The notes: generated from the sequence alone by a model not told the origin. A stretch of 64,000 bases of DNA from Longimicrobiales bacterium (GCA_965219445.1 CBDCNQ010000002.1:160001-224000); one strand, 5' to 3'. Positions 41,257 to 52,664 are shown, counted from the first letter of the stretch. Program-made: numbers and translations.

Positions 41257-42453
41257 ATGAAGGTCAAATGCCACGCCCGCATTGCCGCGCTTCTGCTACC
41301 TGGCTTGCTCGCGGTTGGCCACGCCCAGGGGCAAGAGACTATCGGGGTACCAGTGCCGCCGTTAGGGGCGGGGCCTTGGGTGTTCGATACAGCCGAGCAG
41401 CACGAGATCCGTGTCAGCGTCGTGACCAGAGGCCTCTCGCATCCATGGGCCATCGCGTTCCTGCCCGACGGAGCCATGCTCATCACCGAGCGACCCGGCC
41501 GCCTTCGCGTCGTCCGAGACGGCGTACTCGACCCGCACGCCATCTCGGGCGTGCCGGAGGTCAGAACGGACGGTAACGGTGGGCTGATGGACGTCGCTCT
41601 CCATCCTGGCTTCGCCGAGAACGGCCTGGTCTACCTGACCTATACCAAGCCGGTAGGAAACGGACGGGGTGCACCAGCGCTCGCTCGGGGTCGGCTCGAG
41701 GGCGGAATGCTCACCGACGTCCGAGATCTCGTCGTCACCGATGCGTTTGAGGGCAACTCGGGTCTCAACGGTCGTGTCGCCTTCGGGCGCGATGGCAAAG
41801 TCTATATGTCGACAGGCGGCCGAGTCGGGACGGCTGCACAAGATCCGATGAGCCTGCGCGGGAAGGTCCTCCGGATCAACGACGATGGTACGGTGCCACA
41901 TGATAACCCGTTCGTGGACCGCGAAGGCTATCGGCCGGAAATCTACACCTTGGGACACCGCAATACCCTGGGTCTCATCCAGCGCCCTGAGACCGGCGAG
42001 CTCTGGCAGCACGAGAACGGACCCAACGGTGGCGACGAGATTAACGTCCTCTCGCGGGGCCGTAACTACGGATGGCCGCTCGTCAGCTTTGGACGCGACT
42101 ATTCTGGCGAAAGGATCACCGACCATCCGACGCGCGAGGGGATGGAATCGCCTCTGGTGGTCTGGTTGCCCGCCATAGCCGCGGCAGGGATGGCCGTCTA
42201 CACGGGCGACCAGTTCCCGGCGTGGAGGGGAAATGTATTCGTCGGATCGCTCCGCCAGGGCGGCATACCGGGCACGGGCCATCTGCAGCGCATTGTCTTC
42301 AATGAGAGGACCGAGGAACTACGCCGTGAGTCGATCTTGACCAAGTTGAGGCGACGCATTCGGGAAGTGCGCGAAGGCCCGGACGGATTCTTGTACCTAC
42401 TGACGGACGAAGACGACGACGGGGCACTCCTGCGCATCGAGCCCGCACCTTGA
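41257..42453 (+). CDS. PQQ-dependent sugar (glucose/sorbosone) dehydrogenase family
   Basis: GLSHPW..AFLPDG, GGLMDVALHP, GKVLRI, GHRN, GPNGGDEIN, NYGWP. Confidence 0.92.
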   Translation: MKVKCHARIAALLLPGLLAVGHAQGQETIGVPVPPLGAGPWVFDTAEQHEIRVSVVTRGLSHPWAIAFLPDGAMLITERPGRLRVVRDGVLDPHAISGVPEVRTDGNGGLMDVALHPGFAENGLVYLTYTKPVGNGRGAPALARGRLEGGMLTDVRDLVVTDAFEGNSGLNGRVAFGRDGKVYMSTGGRVGTAAQDPMSLRGKVLRINDDGTVPHDNPFVDREGYRPEIYTLGHRNTLGLIQRPETGELWQHENGPNGGDEINVLSRGRNYGWPLVSFGRDYSGERITDHPTREGMESPLVVWLPAIAAAGMAVYTGDQFPAWRGNVFVGSLRQGGIPGTGHLQRIVFNERTEELRRESILTKLRRRIREVREGPDGFLYLLTDEDDDGALLRIEPAP

Positions 42454-42684
42454 ATTCCCCCTCCTGAGCTGTGATCGCTGGGCGCTTCGTAATGACCCTT
42501 CCGATCCGATCACCCGCTTGAACGCTGCCCTCGAAAGTCGCTACGGGCTGGCGAAGCTCGTTCGGATCCTGGGCGTGGGTGTAGGGCTGACGGCCCTGTA
42601 CGGTGCTTCTGAGGCAGGCGTCCCACCGCCTAGTTCCAGCATTCTTGGCAGAACTGTGCCAAAGACCGTCGGTTAACGCGCCCC

Positions 42685-43957
42685 CTACCCGCTCTGCATG
42701 GCGACGAGGGACCGGAGTCGATCTCCGAGCACTTCCCTATGCTTCTCCACCCGGTATTCCAACACGTCAGACCGATACGGGCTTCCCTGCGCATGGCCGT
42801 AGATCCGGTCGACGAGCTGGCCGCCTCCGTGGCCCATCTCCTTCTGAACCTGGAACCTCGCCACCTCGACGTACTCCCACGCGTCGGGGTCGTCCGGCTC
42901 CCTCCCGGGCTTCAGAATCCTCTGCACCGTCTGGAGTCGTGCCGAGCAGTACGTATGCCGGAAGCGTCGCGTTCGGACCTCGCCGGCCTCCATGCCACTC
43001 AGCCTGGCCGCGGCATCCAGGCTCTTACGAATGTCACGCACCACACCACCACTTGGGGCAGGGAAGAGGAGCCCCGACGTGCGTGGGGTCTCCCCACCGT
43101 ACAGCCAATCCTGGAGGATATCTCGTAACTGGGGCCAGAGCGGAACCGCTCGCACGCTTGTCTGCGCCTTGAGTCCACGGTGCGCGTTTGGTCGGAACCG
43201 AACCAGGCTGCGGTCAAAACTCACGTCGTCAACGTCAAGCCCCATGACCTCAGAGTACCGACCGCCGATCAAGAGGAACGTCGCGACGATGGAATAGAAT
43301 CCGGGCGTGGCGTGCACCCGGTCCTGTGCCTCAAGGACCTTGGATGCCTCAAGGAGCAGAGCAGCTTCTGCCACCTCGAAGAATGCGGCCTCGCTCTTCC
43401 AGCGGCCTGTCGGCTTCTCCTGGAGGGCCGCGACGGGGTTGTAGCCGGGGGCGACGTAGAGCCCCTCTTGCGCTCGTCCATAGAGTCCCGACAGGGCGTT
43501 CAGATAGTGACGCACCGTGCCTGGCTTCCTCTTCCCACCTTCGGAGACGGTCTCACTCCAGGGAGCGCACATCATCGGGGACGATAGAACGTGGGTCGCG
43601 GTCGCGACCAAAGTGCTCCAGCGTCGCACGCAGACGAGACTCCAGGTCGAACATGTGAGAGTCGGACGTTCGAGCGGCCCTGGCCTTCATGAGGAGGTGA
43701 TGGCGAGTGAGTTCAGCGAGCGTCGTGCTCTTCTGTTCCGGGACGCCGACGCGCCCGCGGCGTTTAGCCTTCAACTCCGCGAGCTTCGACTCGAAGAGGA
43801 TCAAAGCGACGTCCTCGTCCGTGGTGCCCCAGCTTGACCCCGCTTGGTTCAGCGCCTCCCGCCCTCCGCCGACGTCGGAGTAAGCTCGAAGGTCGGCGTA
43901 GGCCCGTCCGTTGCGCCAATAGATATGAGGGCCGTTCTTCTTCTTGGGTCGTGCCAT
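42685..43957 (-). pseudogene. Tyrosine integrase with a single frameshift near 43560
   Basis: N-part MARPKKK (43957) joins C-part GGRYSE, RFRHTY, EMGH, IYGH if one base is removed. Confidence 0.8.
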
Positions 43958-44118
43958 ATTGCGCCCCACCTCGATGTTGACCTTCAGGTGGCTAGTAGGG
44001 TAGCCTTCGGTCATGGAAATCATGATGGCTGACCAGGGGTTTCGCAACAATTTTTGGCACAGTTTGCAAAATGACCACTTTAAGTAAGTATACGTATATT
44101 GTTGTAAAATAATAACTT

Positions 44119-44161
44119 CGGGGCGTGGCGCAGCTCGGTAGCGCGCCTGCTTTGGGAGCAG
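44119..44161 (+). tRNA. 5' half of tRNA-Pro(TGG), att-site remnant
   Basis: CGGGGCGTGGCGCAGCTCGGTAGCGCGCCTGCTTTGGGAGCAG: acceptor 5' strand, D arm and anticodon arm; no T arm. Confidence 0.85.
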
Positions 44162-44334
44162 TAATTCGGTCGTCCCTGCCGATCCGGTACCATCCCTCCT
44201 AGTTCCCTAAAAGCATTGATAAAGCTATACTTAAGGGGAGTTTTTGTCCGTGAGTGTCCACTGACGTAGCGTGCTGTACACCGTATTGTGGACCCCAAAG
44301 TGGACCCCACAGGGACCGAAAAGGGGGGCTGACA

Positions 44335-45543
44335 GTGCCGAGGCTGAAGCTAAGCGCGCGCGGGGTCATGGCATTAGAGACGGATCGGGCACGCGAAGAA
44401 TTCTGGGACACGGTCACGCCCGGGCTGGTCCTCAGGGTAAGTGGCGAGAGCGGCGGAAAGACGTGGAGCGTCAGGTACCGGCTGAACGGTGCACGTCGCC
44501 GTCAGACGCTGGGAAGCTACCCGACGCTCAGTCTGGCGGAGGCGCGAGCGGCTGCGCGCGAGGTGCAACGGCAAGCCGACGCGGGAGAGGATCCTGCAAA
44601 GGAGCGCGCGGACCGCAAAGCGGGCCGTTACACGTTCAAGGAGCTTTCCGACGAAGTCTTGGAGGCACGGGCGATGCGGACCCGGGAAGCAACCCAGCGG
44701 GAGAGAAAGCGGATCCTCGGCAAGGAGCTCGCGCCCACTTGGGGCCATCGGCCGGCTGCGGACATCACTCGCCGGGAGGTTGTCCACCTGGTCGAGGAGA
44801 TTGCCAAGAGAGGGGCCCCGATCGTCGCGAATCGGACGCTGAGCCTCATCCGGCTGATCTTCAACGATGGGCTACGCCGAGGCTTTCCGACTCTGGAGGC
44901 CAATCCCGCACACCTTGTCGAGCTCCCGGCCGAGGAAGTGGGGAGGGATCGGTACCTGACTCGAGAAGAGGTCAAGCTCATCTGGCAGACGACGGGGGAC
45001 GAGACTCGGGCAACACGTGGTGCCTTCCGCCTCGCGCTACTGACGGGTCAGCGGATCGGCTCTGTGTTAGCGATGCGATGGGATGGAATCACAGGCGACC
45101 TATGGACGATTCCGCCGGAACACTTCAAGGGAAGGCGGACCCATGTGGTTCCGCTCTCGAGCGAGGCGTATGAAGGCATCGAGGAGCTGAAGGAGACCGC
45201 CTACTCCGATACATGGGTCTTTCCGTCGCGGGCAAGAGCGAAGAGACCCCATTTGACGAGCATGGGCCGCTCGCTCTCCAGGGTCCGCAATAAGACATCG
45301 ATCCCGAGCTGGACCGTCCATGACTTCCGCACGACCTTCCGGACCCACGCCGTCCGGGCGAGAGAGGACGGCGGTTTCGCGATCCCAGGCCATGTAGCGG
45401 ACGCTGTACTCGGCCACAAGGAAGCGACTCTTGGATTCGAGAGGTACACAGGGGACCGGGACCGCTACCTCTTACATGAGAAGCGAGACGCTCTGCGAAA
45501 GTGGGGTGCGTTCATCATGGACGCGGTGGAGGCGGAGAGGTGA
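44335..45543 (+). CDS. Tyrosine integrase with arm-binding domain
   Basis: WD..PGL.LRV, LGSYP.LSLAEAR, TGQR, HDFR, LGH, RY; GTGGACCCCA tandem repeat upstream. Confidence 0.92.
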   Translation: MPRLKLSARGVMALETDRAREEFWDTVTPGLVLRVSGESGGKTWSVRYRLNGARRRQTLGSYPTLSLAEARAAAREVQRQADAGEDPAKERADRKAGRYTFKELSDEVLEARAMRTREATQRERKRILGKELAPTWGHRPAADITRREVVHLVEEIAKRGAPIVANRTLSLIRLIFNDGLRRGFPTLEANPAHLVELPAEEVGRDRYLTREEVKLIWQTTGDETRATRGAFRLALLTGQRIGSVLAMRWDGITGDLWTIPPEHFKGRRTHVVPLSSEAYEGIEELKETAYSDTWVFPSRARAKRPHLTSMGRSLSRVRNKTSIPSWTVHDFRTTFRTHAVRAREDGGFAIPGHVADAVLGHKEATLGFERYTGDRDRYLLHEKRDALRKWGAFIMDAVEAER

Positions 45544-45702
45544 AGAGAGCCTACTCGCCACTGTCGGGTACCGCATGCTGCACTAAACTGGACCATCGTG
45601 GCCATGAACGGGGAAGGCACGCGGCGCAAAAGGAGCGTACCGGCGATGCCACACAGCGGAGCACCGGACCAGATCGCCAGAAGGTGGGGATCGACTCAGA
45701 TT

Positions 45703-46143
45703 ATGAACATCCGACCGGCGGTTGCCGCCGACTACGGCGCGCTGCTGGACATCTGGCTGCGATCGGTGCGGGCAACCCACACCTTTCTCTCGGAGGAAGA
45801 CATTCAGGCTTTCCTTCCGCTCGTGCGGGACCACGCGCTGACGGAGCTTGAGGTCTGGGTGCTCTTCGCCGACGAGGGGACCCTCATGGGTTTCATGGGC
45901 CTGTCTGGCAACAGGCTGGAGGCTCTCTTCCTGGCGCCGGAGTTCTTTAGGCGCGGTGGCGGACGCCGGCTCGTCGAGCACGCTCGAAGCTTGAAGGGAC
46001 CACTGTCGCTGGACGTCAACGAGCAGAACCCGCAGGCGCGGGTCTTCTACGAGTCGCAGGGCTTCGTCGTCGAGGGGCGATCGCCCGGTCGACAGCACGG
46101 GGCAGCCCTTCCCCCTCCTCCACAAAAGGAGAGGGGGTTGTGA
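45703..46143 (+). CDS. GNAT acetyltransferase (YjaB-like), frameshift near the C-terminus
   Basis: W.RSVRATH.FL, LF..P...GGG, VNEQN.QA..FY; the expected tail VDSTGQPFPLLH is in another frame after about 46085. Confidence 0.85.
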   Translation: MNIRPAVAADYGALLDIWLRSVRATHTFLSEEDIQAFLPLVRDHALTELEVWVLFADEGTLMGFMGLSGNRLEALFLAPEFFRRGGGRRLVEHARSLKGPLSLDVNEQNPQARVFYESQGFVVEGRSPGRQHGAALPPPPQKERGL

Positions 46144-46224
46144 GTTGCCTTCAAGAGCTGGGGAGTCCAAAGCGACTGGGAGTCGCACAGGAAAGGGGAG
46201 CTACCGGAGCGATGGAGTGCGCGG

Positions 46225-46325
46225 CGGAAGGGCGGAGCCAGCCGTCCGTCTGGCGTTCGAGTTCCTGGTGCTGACGGCTGCGAGGTGGAGCGAGGTGCGG
46301 TGGGCCGAGTGGGCAGAAGCCGACA
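46225..46325 (+). pseudogene. P4-like integrase fragment
   Basis: LAFEFLVLTAARWSEVR. Confidence 0.7.
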
Positions 46326-46390
46326 GGTTCACATCTGCTTGGGGTAATTGAACTTACGGGCATACCGGACCGGATTCCCGCCGATTGGTC

Positions 46391-47055
46391 TCAGGCGCGA
46401 ACTCTGCGGCGGCTTTCCAGAGCCTTCCTGAGCTGTGCCTCATCGGCCCGCTGGTAGCAGTGCAGCACCGTCTTGGCCTCCTTCCAACCGCCGAGTTCGC
46501 AGAGCACTTTGAGCGGCTGGTCCATGAGGTCGGAGGCGAACTTCCGCCTTAGGGAGTGCCAGCCGCGGCCACGCTTGGATTCCAGCCCTGCGAGCGCTAC
46601 GGCCTTCTCCCACCAGCGCTGCGTCCAGGAACAGCTCACGCACCTCGAGCGATCCCAAGGCGAGGGCAGCACGGGCGCGTCCCCGATACCGGGATTCCTC
46701 TTTCGCGCCTCCTCCAAGACGGCGAGCGCCTCGGCGGTGACCGGCGTCCGGTGCTCGTAGCCCGACTTGTCGTGCTCTGCGCGCCAGCGGATGGTCTTGC
46801 CCTCCATGTCGATGTCCGACCACCGGAGCTTGCGGATTGCGCCGATCCGGTGTCCGGTCTCGTGCGCGAGCACGAGCGCGGCGCGGAACCGCCAGTCGAC
46901 CTGCCGGGACACCTGTAGAAGCGCTTGGTACTCCTCCTCGGCCAGGACGATTCGGGCCGGGTTCTTCTGCTTGGGCGTCTTCAGGCCCTTGAGCGGGTTC
47001 GAGCCGAGGAGCAGTTCGCCCCGCTCGTCCCTCGACTTCACGGCCAAGTTCAGTA
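46391..47055 (-). pseudogene. C-terminal half of an integrase paralogous to 61972-63135
   Basis: ETGHRIGAIR, GWHSLRRKFA, LGGWK, CYQ; N-terminus missing. Confidence 0.85.
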
Positions 47056-47227
47056 TTGTGTTCGCCAAGATCATCCCATGCCGTCCCATGACGTTCTGTA
47101 ACCACATGTATTTCAATATATTAAGGCGATCCTAGGCCGCTTCATGGCCTTGCCTCTTGTCCTGATCCGTCTGGTATTGTATCATTATTTCTCCGTCATT
47201 TCGTGATACACAAGTAGGACACCCCGC

Positions 47228-48412
47228 ATGCGTAAACGACCCCTTACCGCTGCCTTCGTGGCGCGGGTGAAGACGCCGGGCCGCTACGGCGACGGTGGAC
47301 GAGGCGGGCTCGGGCTGTACCTCCGCGTCCACCGTATGAAGTCGGGGCGGGTCTCCAAGTCGTGGGGCCAACGCGTTCGAGTGGGGGGCAAGCCCACCAA
47401 TCTCGGACTCGGCTCGTACCCGGTCGTGACGCTCAAGGAGGTGAGGGAGAAGGCGCTTGAGAACAGGCGGGCCGTCCATTGGGGCCATGACCCGAGAGAC
47501 GCGGGGGTTCCCACCTTCGAGGCGGCCGTCAAGAAGGTGATCGAGATTCACTCGCCGACTTGGAAGAACCCTTCCCGCATCTCGGGGCAGTGGCGGCAGA
47601 CGTTGCGGGACTACGCCCATCCGCGCATTGGCCGGAAGAGGGTGAGCGAGGTCGCGACGGCCGACGTGCTAGCCATCCTCAAGCCCATCTGGTCGCGCAA
47701 GCCCGCGACCGCGAGGGCCGTGCGTCAAAGGATCGGCGCGGTGATGAAGTGGGCCGTCGCGAAGGGCTACCGGCCGGACAACCCGGCGGGAGACGCCATC
47801 GCCGCGGCGCTCCCGCGCAACGGGAACACGACCCGGCATTTCAAGGCGCTCCCGCACGGCGAGGTGTCCGTGGCCCTGGTCAAGGTCCGCAACTCGGGGG
47901 CCTACGCCGGTGGCAAGCTGGCGCTCGAGTTCATGGTTCTGACCGCGACACGCTCGAGCGAGGTCCGGGGCGCGACGTGGGACGAGTTCGAGCACGATGT
48001 CTGGACCATTCCCGCCAGCCGCATGAAGGCGAAGCGCGAGCACCGGGTTCCCCTGTCGAGGCGGGCGTTGGAGATCCTTGAGGAAGCCCGGGAGCGCCAC
48101 GACGACGGCGGGCTCGTGTTCCGGGGTGCCAGGGGAGGAAGGATCGATGCCTCGATGTTTGGCGCCTTGCTCCGGCGTCTCGGCTTCGACTGTACGCCGC
48201 ACGGGATGCGGTCCTCGTTCCGCGACTGGTGCTCGGAAACGGGCGTGGCGCGCGAGGTGGCCGAAGCGGCGCTGGCCCACGCTGTCAAGAGCAAGGTTGA
48301 GGCCGCCTACGCCCGCTCAGACCTGTTGGAGCGGAGGCGCAAGGTCATGGAGGCTTGGGCCGACTACGTCGCCGGCGAGCATCCCGAATCGGAGGCCGAA
48401 CCGGGCCGCTGA
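47228..48412 (+). CDS. P4/IntA-like tyrosine integrase
   Basis: PGRYGDG..GLYL, TATR, HGMRSSFRDW, LAH, AAY. Confidence 0.93.
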   Translation: MRKRPLTAAFVARVKTPGRYGDGGRGGLGLYLRVHRMKSGRVSKSWGQRVRVGGKPTNLGLGSYPVVTLKEVREKALENRRAVHWGHDPRDAGVPTFEAAVKKVIEIHSPTWKNPSRISGQWRQTLRDYAHPRIGRKRVSEVATADVLAILKPIWSRKPATARAVRQRIGAVMKWAVAKGYRPDNPAGDAIAAALPRNGNTTRHFKALPHGEVSVALVKVRNSGAYAGGKLALEFMVLTATRSSEVRGATWDEFEHDVWTIPASRMKAKREHRVPLSRRALEILEEARERHDDGGLVFRGARGGRIDASMFGALLRRLGFDCTPHGMRSSFRDWCSETGVAREVAEAALAHAVKSKVEAAYARSDLLERRRKVMEAWADYVAGEHPESEAEPGR

Positions 48413-48440
48413 GGCGCTGGCTTATGACCGTTACTGGTCC

Positions 48441-48521
48441 TAAGCCAGCCTACCCTTTGTACCCACAAAGGGGCTGGCGAGGGGCTCCGCCCCTTCGATC
48501 CCGAAGGACGCCCGCGCTCCG
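48441..48521 (-). other. ColE1-like oriT, copy 1
   Basis: Minus strand GGGGCGGAGCCCC..CCCTTTGT/ACAAAGGG hairpin..CTGGCTTA; 80/81 identical to 57459-57539. Confidence 0.65.
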
Positions 48522-48736
48522 CTGCGGTGTGCGTGCTCGCCCAGCGGAGTACCGAAGGCCCGAATCACGGCAGGAGATCACGTAAGTCTAATCAGGACTG
48601 CACGATCTGCCACTCTTGCCGTTGGGCTATATCCGTTTCCGTCAGATCATGATGGCGGGAAAAACAGGGTTGATCAGCGGGAATCCGGACTAGCTTAGAG
48701 TGCTCTTGTCGGCGGTCGAAGGATCATCGCGGCGGC

Positions 48737-49440
48737 CTACAAGGGAGAGGGTTCCCATGAGGACTGGTCCTCTTTCATCCGGTAGTGTGACACACGCGAG
48801 CCGACCAGACGCCCTGGGTCCAGCGGATGCTTGGCGAACGGGTTGTGGTACACAGCCAAAGCATACTCGGGGTCTCCTGCCGTGTCCGGTAATTCCGGCC
48901 CGGACAGACCGAAAGGAATCGCGACGCCATCGAAAAACTCGCGCAGCACGGCGATGCAGGACACCGATGTGTTCATCTCGGGAGTCAGCTTCTTGCCGGG
49001 ACCTGTTCGCGGATAGGAACGATAGGCGAGCCCTGATCTGTCGGAACGTAGTACTCGATGACATCCAGACCGCGCATGGCGGTGAGCACGGCGTAGGGGT
49101 CGTCGTGTAGTGTGCATGGGGTACGGTTGTACACGACCACCATTCCCGGGTCAGACTGTCCAAGCGCCTTTAGCTGATTGTTGGCCTTCGGGATCACCTG
49201 ACGCAGCCGATGTCCCGGTTTGCCGCCTAGCACGCCTGACCCCCTTCCTTGTGCTGCTTCCTGTTCCTCCGGATTCGGATCGAATTGCTTGACCTCCACT
49301 ACGATACCAGCACTATCCCCCAACTGGAGGCGGAAATCGGGCACCTTGCTGCCCTCCGCCACGGAGTGCTCGTCAATCCTCTCGACCCGCCAGCCTTGAG
49401 ACTTGCAGAAGCGGTGAAAAAGTTCTTCGGACTCGGTCAT
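48737..49440 (-). pseudogene. PD-(D/E)XK-like hypothetical protein, frameshift near 49010
   Basis: E..F, PDF, VEVK motif; the C-terminus continues in another frame. Confidence 0.55.
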
Positions 49441-49618
49441 CCGGCGTTCTATCTTTCAAATGAAGTTTCGAGGAGCTCAAGAGATCAAAGATAAACAGGC
49501 CGGCCGCGTCCGCGAGTCGGGCGATCAGTCGCGCCCGGGACTGTGACCGCGATCCGCAGTCCGCCCGCCCTGAAGCCTGCGGGCTCGACGGCCTCGGTCG
49601 TTTGACCCTTCGCGCGCC

Positions 49619-50880
49619 CTATTGGGGAAGCGCTTGTTCCAGCAACTCGTAATCCGTCACGAGATCCAACACATCTCGCGCCTTTCCGGAAAACTGCATC
49701 GGAGCGAGTTGCTCTGTCACCAGCGCCGACCGCAACTGCAATCGGTCTACGGGAACACCTACGAAGTCCGCAAGCCGTTGGCGATTGGCTTCAAGAAACG
49801 AAACACGGTCGAGGTGCCTCTGCAATGGCGTGCGTTTCCCGTCAACAGTTCCGGCAGAGTACTCTTTCAAGCGCTCCCCGATCTCGCCGCAGGTGCGGTC
49901 GCAACGGAGGCTCTTGCACTCGACAGCGTACACCAGCCCGGTAGCCGGTTGCCATGCCAAGACATCCACATCTCCGAGCGACTGGCCGCCTCCGAATCGC
50001 GGGAGCCTCACTTCCCCCTTCGTCTTCCACCGCAACTCGCCGAGCCGTTCGGCTACCCTGCGCGCGAACTCATGCCCATTCCTATCTGCCGCTCTTCCTA
50101 TACAGGCGCCCATCTCTGGACTGTCAAAGAGGGTCCCTGGAAGTTCGCCGAATGCCGCTTGGTGTAGGTAGCGCAACGTCCCAGCAAGTATCGAAGGCAC
50201 CACGGTCACGAAGGGATCGGCCTCCATCGACAATTGGACGAGCGGACGGCGCATGATGGACAGACGGCGGTTGTATCGCCACGGCCACCAGTCTCTTGCC
50301 CTGGCGTTGTCAGGATCATCCTCATTCCACCGAGATCTGGGAACAAGCGCAAATGCTTCGAATACACGCTCCGGATTCATCACGCCGACATGTCGTAGCC
50401 GCTGGACGACTTCGCTTCTCCTGAGCCGCAAATGGGCGCCGTTCGCCTCCAAGGCTTCCACCGTGAGTCGATGGACAAACGTCCCGTACTGTTCTGGGCT
50501 CAGGCCAAACTCGGCGAGAAAGGCGGATGGGAACTTCGGGTCCGCCGCTCCTTCCTCGCCTGCGCTCATACCGTCGACTTCGTCATCCGTCGCCGCATCC
50601 CGAAATGTTCGCTGCCAATGTTCGGTTATCAGCAGACCTGTCGCCGCTGCGGTTGACTCGTCGAATCCGAAGGAACCATTCGGGTGCATGACCGGCGGGT
50701 GCGTCGCTAAACCGTAGTGCAACGCGTCGCTTTGCCCGGCACATTCCAGAAGCGTCGCAACCTCCGCAACCAGAAGGTCGAGGTCCGTCCCCGAGCAGGG
50801 TGATCCGGTACCGTACGGCGATGTGCACAGCGCCATCTCCGCAATGATCCGGCAAGCCAGACCGGCGGTATCCCGGCGAA
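49619..50880 (-). pseudogene. C-terminal part of a large hypothetical protein with PD-(D/E)XK-like tail
   Basis: GHEF, GDVDVLAW, VECK; no convincing start. Confidence 0.5.
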
Positions 50881-50984
50881 GGACGTGCTCGTTCGCGGCA
50901 CCCCTGACCTGCGCATGGTCGTAGAGGGCGAGTTGCGCCGCCGTCGACGCGCATCCAGGCCCGGATCCAGACGGCCGCCGCCCT

Positions 50985-51159
50985 CGACGTGGACATCGAG
51001 GAGGCCCGCCAGACGCTGGCGCGGCTCGAGGAGACCACCTGGGGGATCGTGCTCCGGGAGATCGAGGGGGAGCGGTTCGTGGTGCTGCCGGCCGGCGCGC
51101 TGGCCTATCCGCCCTGGACCGTGGACACTCGGCCGGCCGTGAAGCTGTCGAGCAACTGA
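50985..51159 (+). pseudogene. Mobilization (MbeB-like) C-terminal fragment
   Basis: IEEARQTLARLEETTWGI..; lies directly upstream of the MbeD-like gene. Confidence 0.4.
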
Positions 51160-51168
51160 AGGAACTCT

Positions 51169-51360
51169 ATGACCGCGTTAGAACAGCAGTTGACGAAGGC
51201 TTTGCGGACGTTGTCCGCGCAGTACGAGCAGGCGCAGCAGCAGCACACCGCGCAGGTCGAGACCTTGCGGCGGCAGGTCGCGCAGCTCGACGGGCAAGTG
51301 AAGCACTTGGCCCGGGACTACAGGACGCTCGCCGAGACGTTGCGCGCGCGCTGGACCTGA
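51169..51360 (+). CDS. MbeD/MobD-like coiled-coil protein
   Basis: MTALEQQL..AL..L..QY pattern; AAGGA RBS. Confidence 0.6.
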   Translation: MTALEQQLTKALRTLSAQYEQAQQQHTAQVETLRRQVAQLDGQVKHLARDYRTLAETLRARWT

Positions 51361-51506
51361 TGCGCCAGCGTGGACGAGAGCGCGATCACGGTCCGAGCCG
51401 CTGATCACCCACCAGGGAATACGTACCCTCTGCGGCACACGAGACAGCACAGTTCTCCGAATGCGCCCGCAGTGGACTTCTCCACCACATTTCTTCCGAT
51501 ACTCTG

Positions 51507-52664
51507 CTAATTCCTCGTGTTCGTGCCCGTAAGGAACATCGCTGTGCGAAGAGCCACAAGCTCAGAGCGTGCGGCGGCGATGTTGTCGAGCACTGTTGTG
51601 CCTGCTTGCACCACAGCTGAGGGTTCATCGATATCTTCTACGCGGGGCTCCAGGGGAGCGACGAGGACGTCACGTCGCTGGTTTAGGAACAGCTGAATCT
51701 GGCTCTGCAGAGACACTCGATCTTGGGGGAGAAGCCTGTCCAAAGGCGGGAGGTCGAGCATGGATTGGAAAACAACCAAAGCACTCAACGGCTCGGGATC
51801 TCGTTCGACGATGCGCTCCTGGAAGGCGTGAAGACGGAAGAATGGCGACTCCGAATCAGGGACCTCTGGCTCATTCGATAACTCATCGAATGTTACGCCA
51901 AGCCACCATTCTCTCCAGGCCGACGGTGGGGCAAATGACCATTCTCGCTGCGCGAATATGCGATCCACCGTTGCCCTGGACCGTTCAGAACGAACGGCCA
52001 AGATCGACAAAACGGAGTCAGCAAATATTCGTGCAGTGTCGGATGCTGCGGACATAGCTGGGGCATTCGCGGACCACGTCAAAACGTCGTCACTGGCCTC
52101 GCGCATGCTGTCCGACAGCGCCGCTAACTGGAAAAAACGGTCCCGGAAGAAACGTTCTTGTGCTCGGACACGAGCTAGTGTGGCTAGTTCTGTGATCGAG
52201 TCAACCTCGGGCACCCGGTGTTCCAATTCGAGTTGGCGTCCCACCTCCAGCCATTCGAGGAGTTCCTGATATTGAATAGCTCGATGTACCTCGTCTTCTA
52301 GCGTCTCTAGCTCGCGGATGGCGATGTCGTATACGTCCACCACAACCCGTTCATAAGTATCGGAGAAGTACTGACTTCGATCTTCACGGAGCGACATTAC
52401 TTCGGTGGACAACGACGATCGGGTCGCTCTTAGATCGCTTACGCTGTCGAGAACGGCCCTCAGCTCATTGCCGAGCGAGTCGAGCTCCGTACGGATGTCG
52501 TAAATCACACGCCGTGACTCTCTAAGCTCTTGTTGTGGAGCAAACAACCGAATTCCGATTAGCGTTACCAAGAGCACGAAAGTTCCGAGAATAGAAGTAA
52601 GAGCCCACATCGATATCTGTCTACGGGGTTTCGACGATCTATGGCTCGTATTTGTATCAAACAT
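51507..52664 (-). CDS. Hypothetical membrane-anchored coiled-coil protein
   Basis: 385-aa ORF; N-terminal TM followed by heptads. Confidence 0.65.
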   Translation of the reverse strand: MFDTNTSHRSSKPRRQISMWALTSILGTFVLLVTLIGIRLFAPQQELRESRRVIYDIRTELDSLGNELRAVLDSVSDLRATRSSLSTEVMSLREDRSQYFSDTYERVVVDVYDIAIRELETLEDEVHRAIQYQELLEWLEVGRQLELEHRVPEVDSITELATLARVRAQERFFRDRFFQLAALSDSMREASDDVLTWSANAPAMSAASDTARIFADSVLSILAVRSERSRATVDRIFAQREWSFAPPSAWREWWLGVTFDELSNEPEVPDSESPFFRLHAFQERIVERDPEPLSALVVFQSMLDLPPLDRLLPQDRVSLQSQIQLFLNQRRDVLVAPLEPRVEDIDEPSAVVQAGTTVLDNIAAARSELVALRTAMFLTGTNTRN

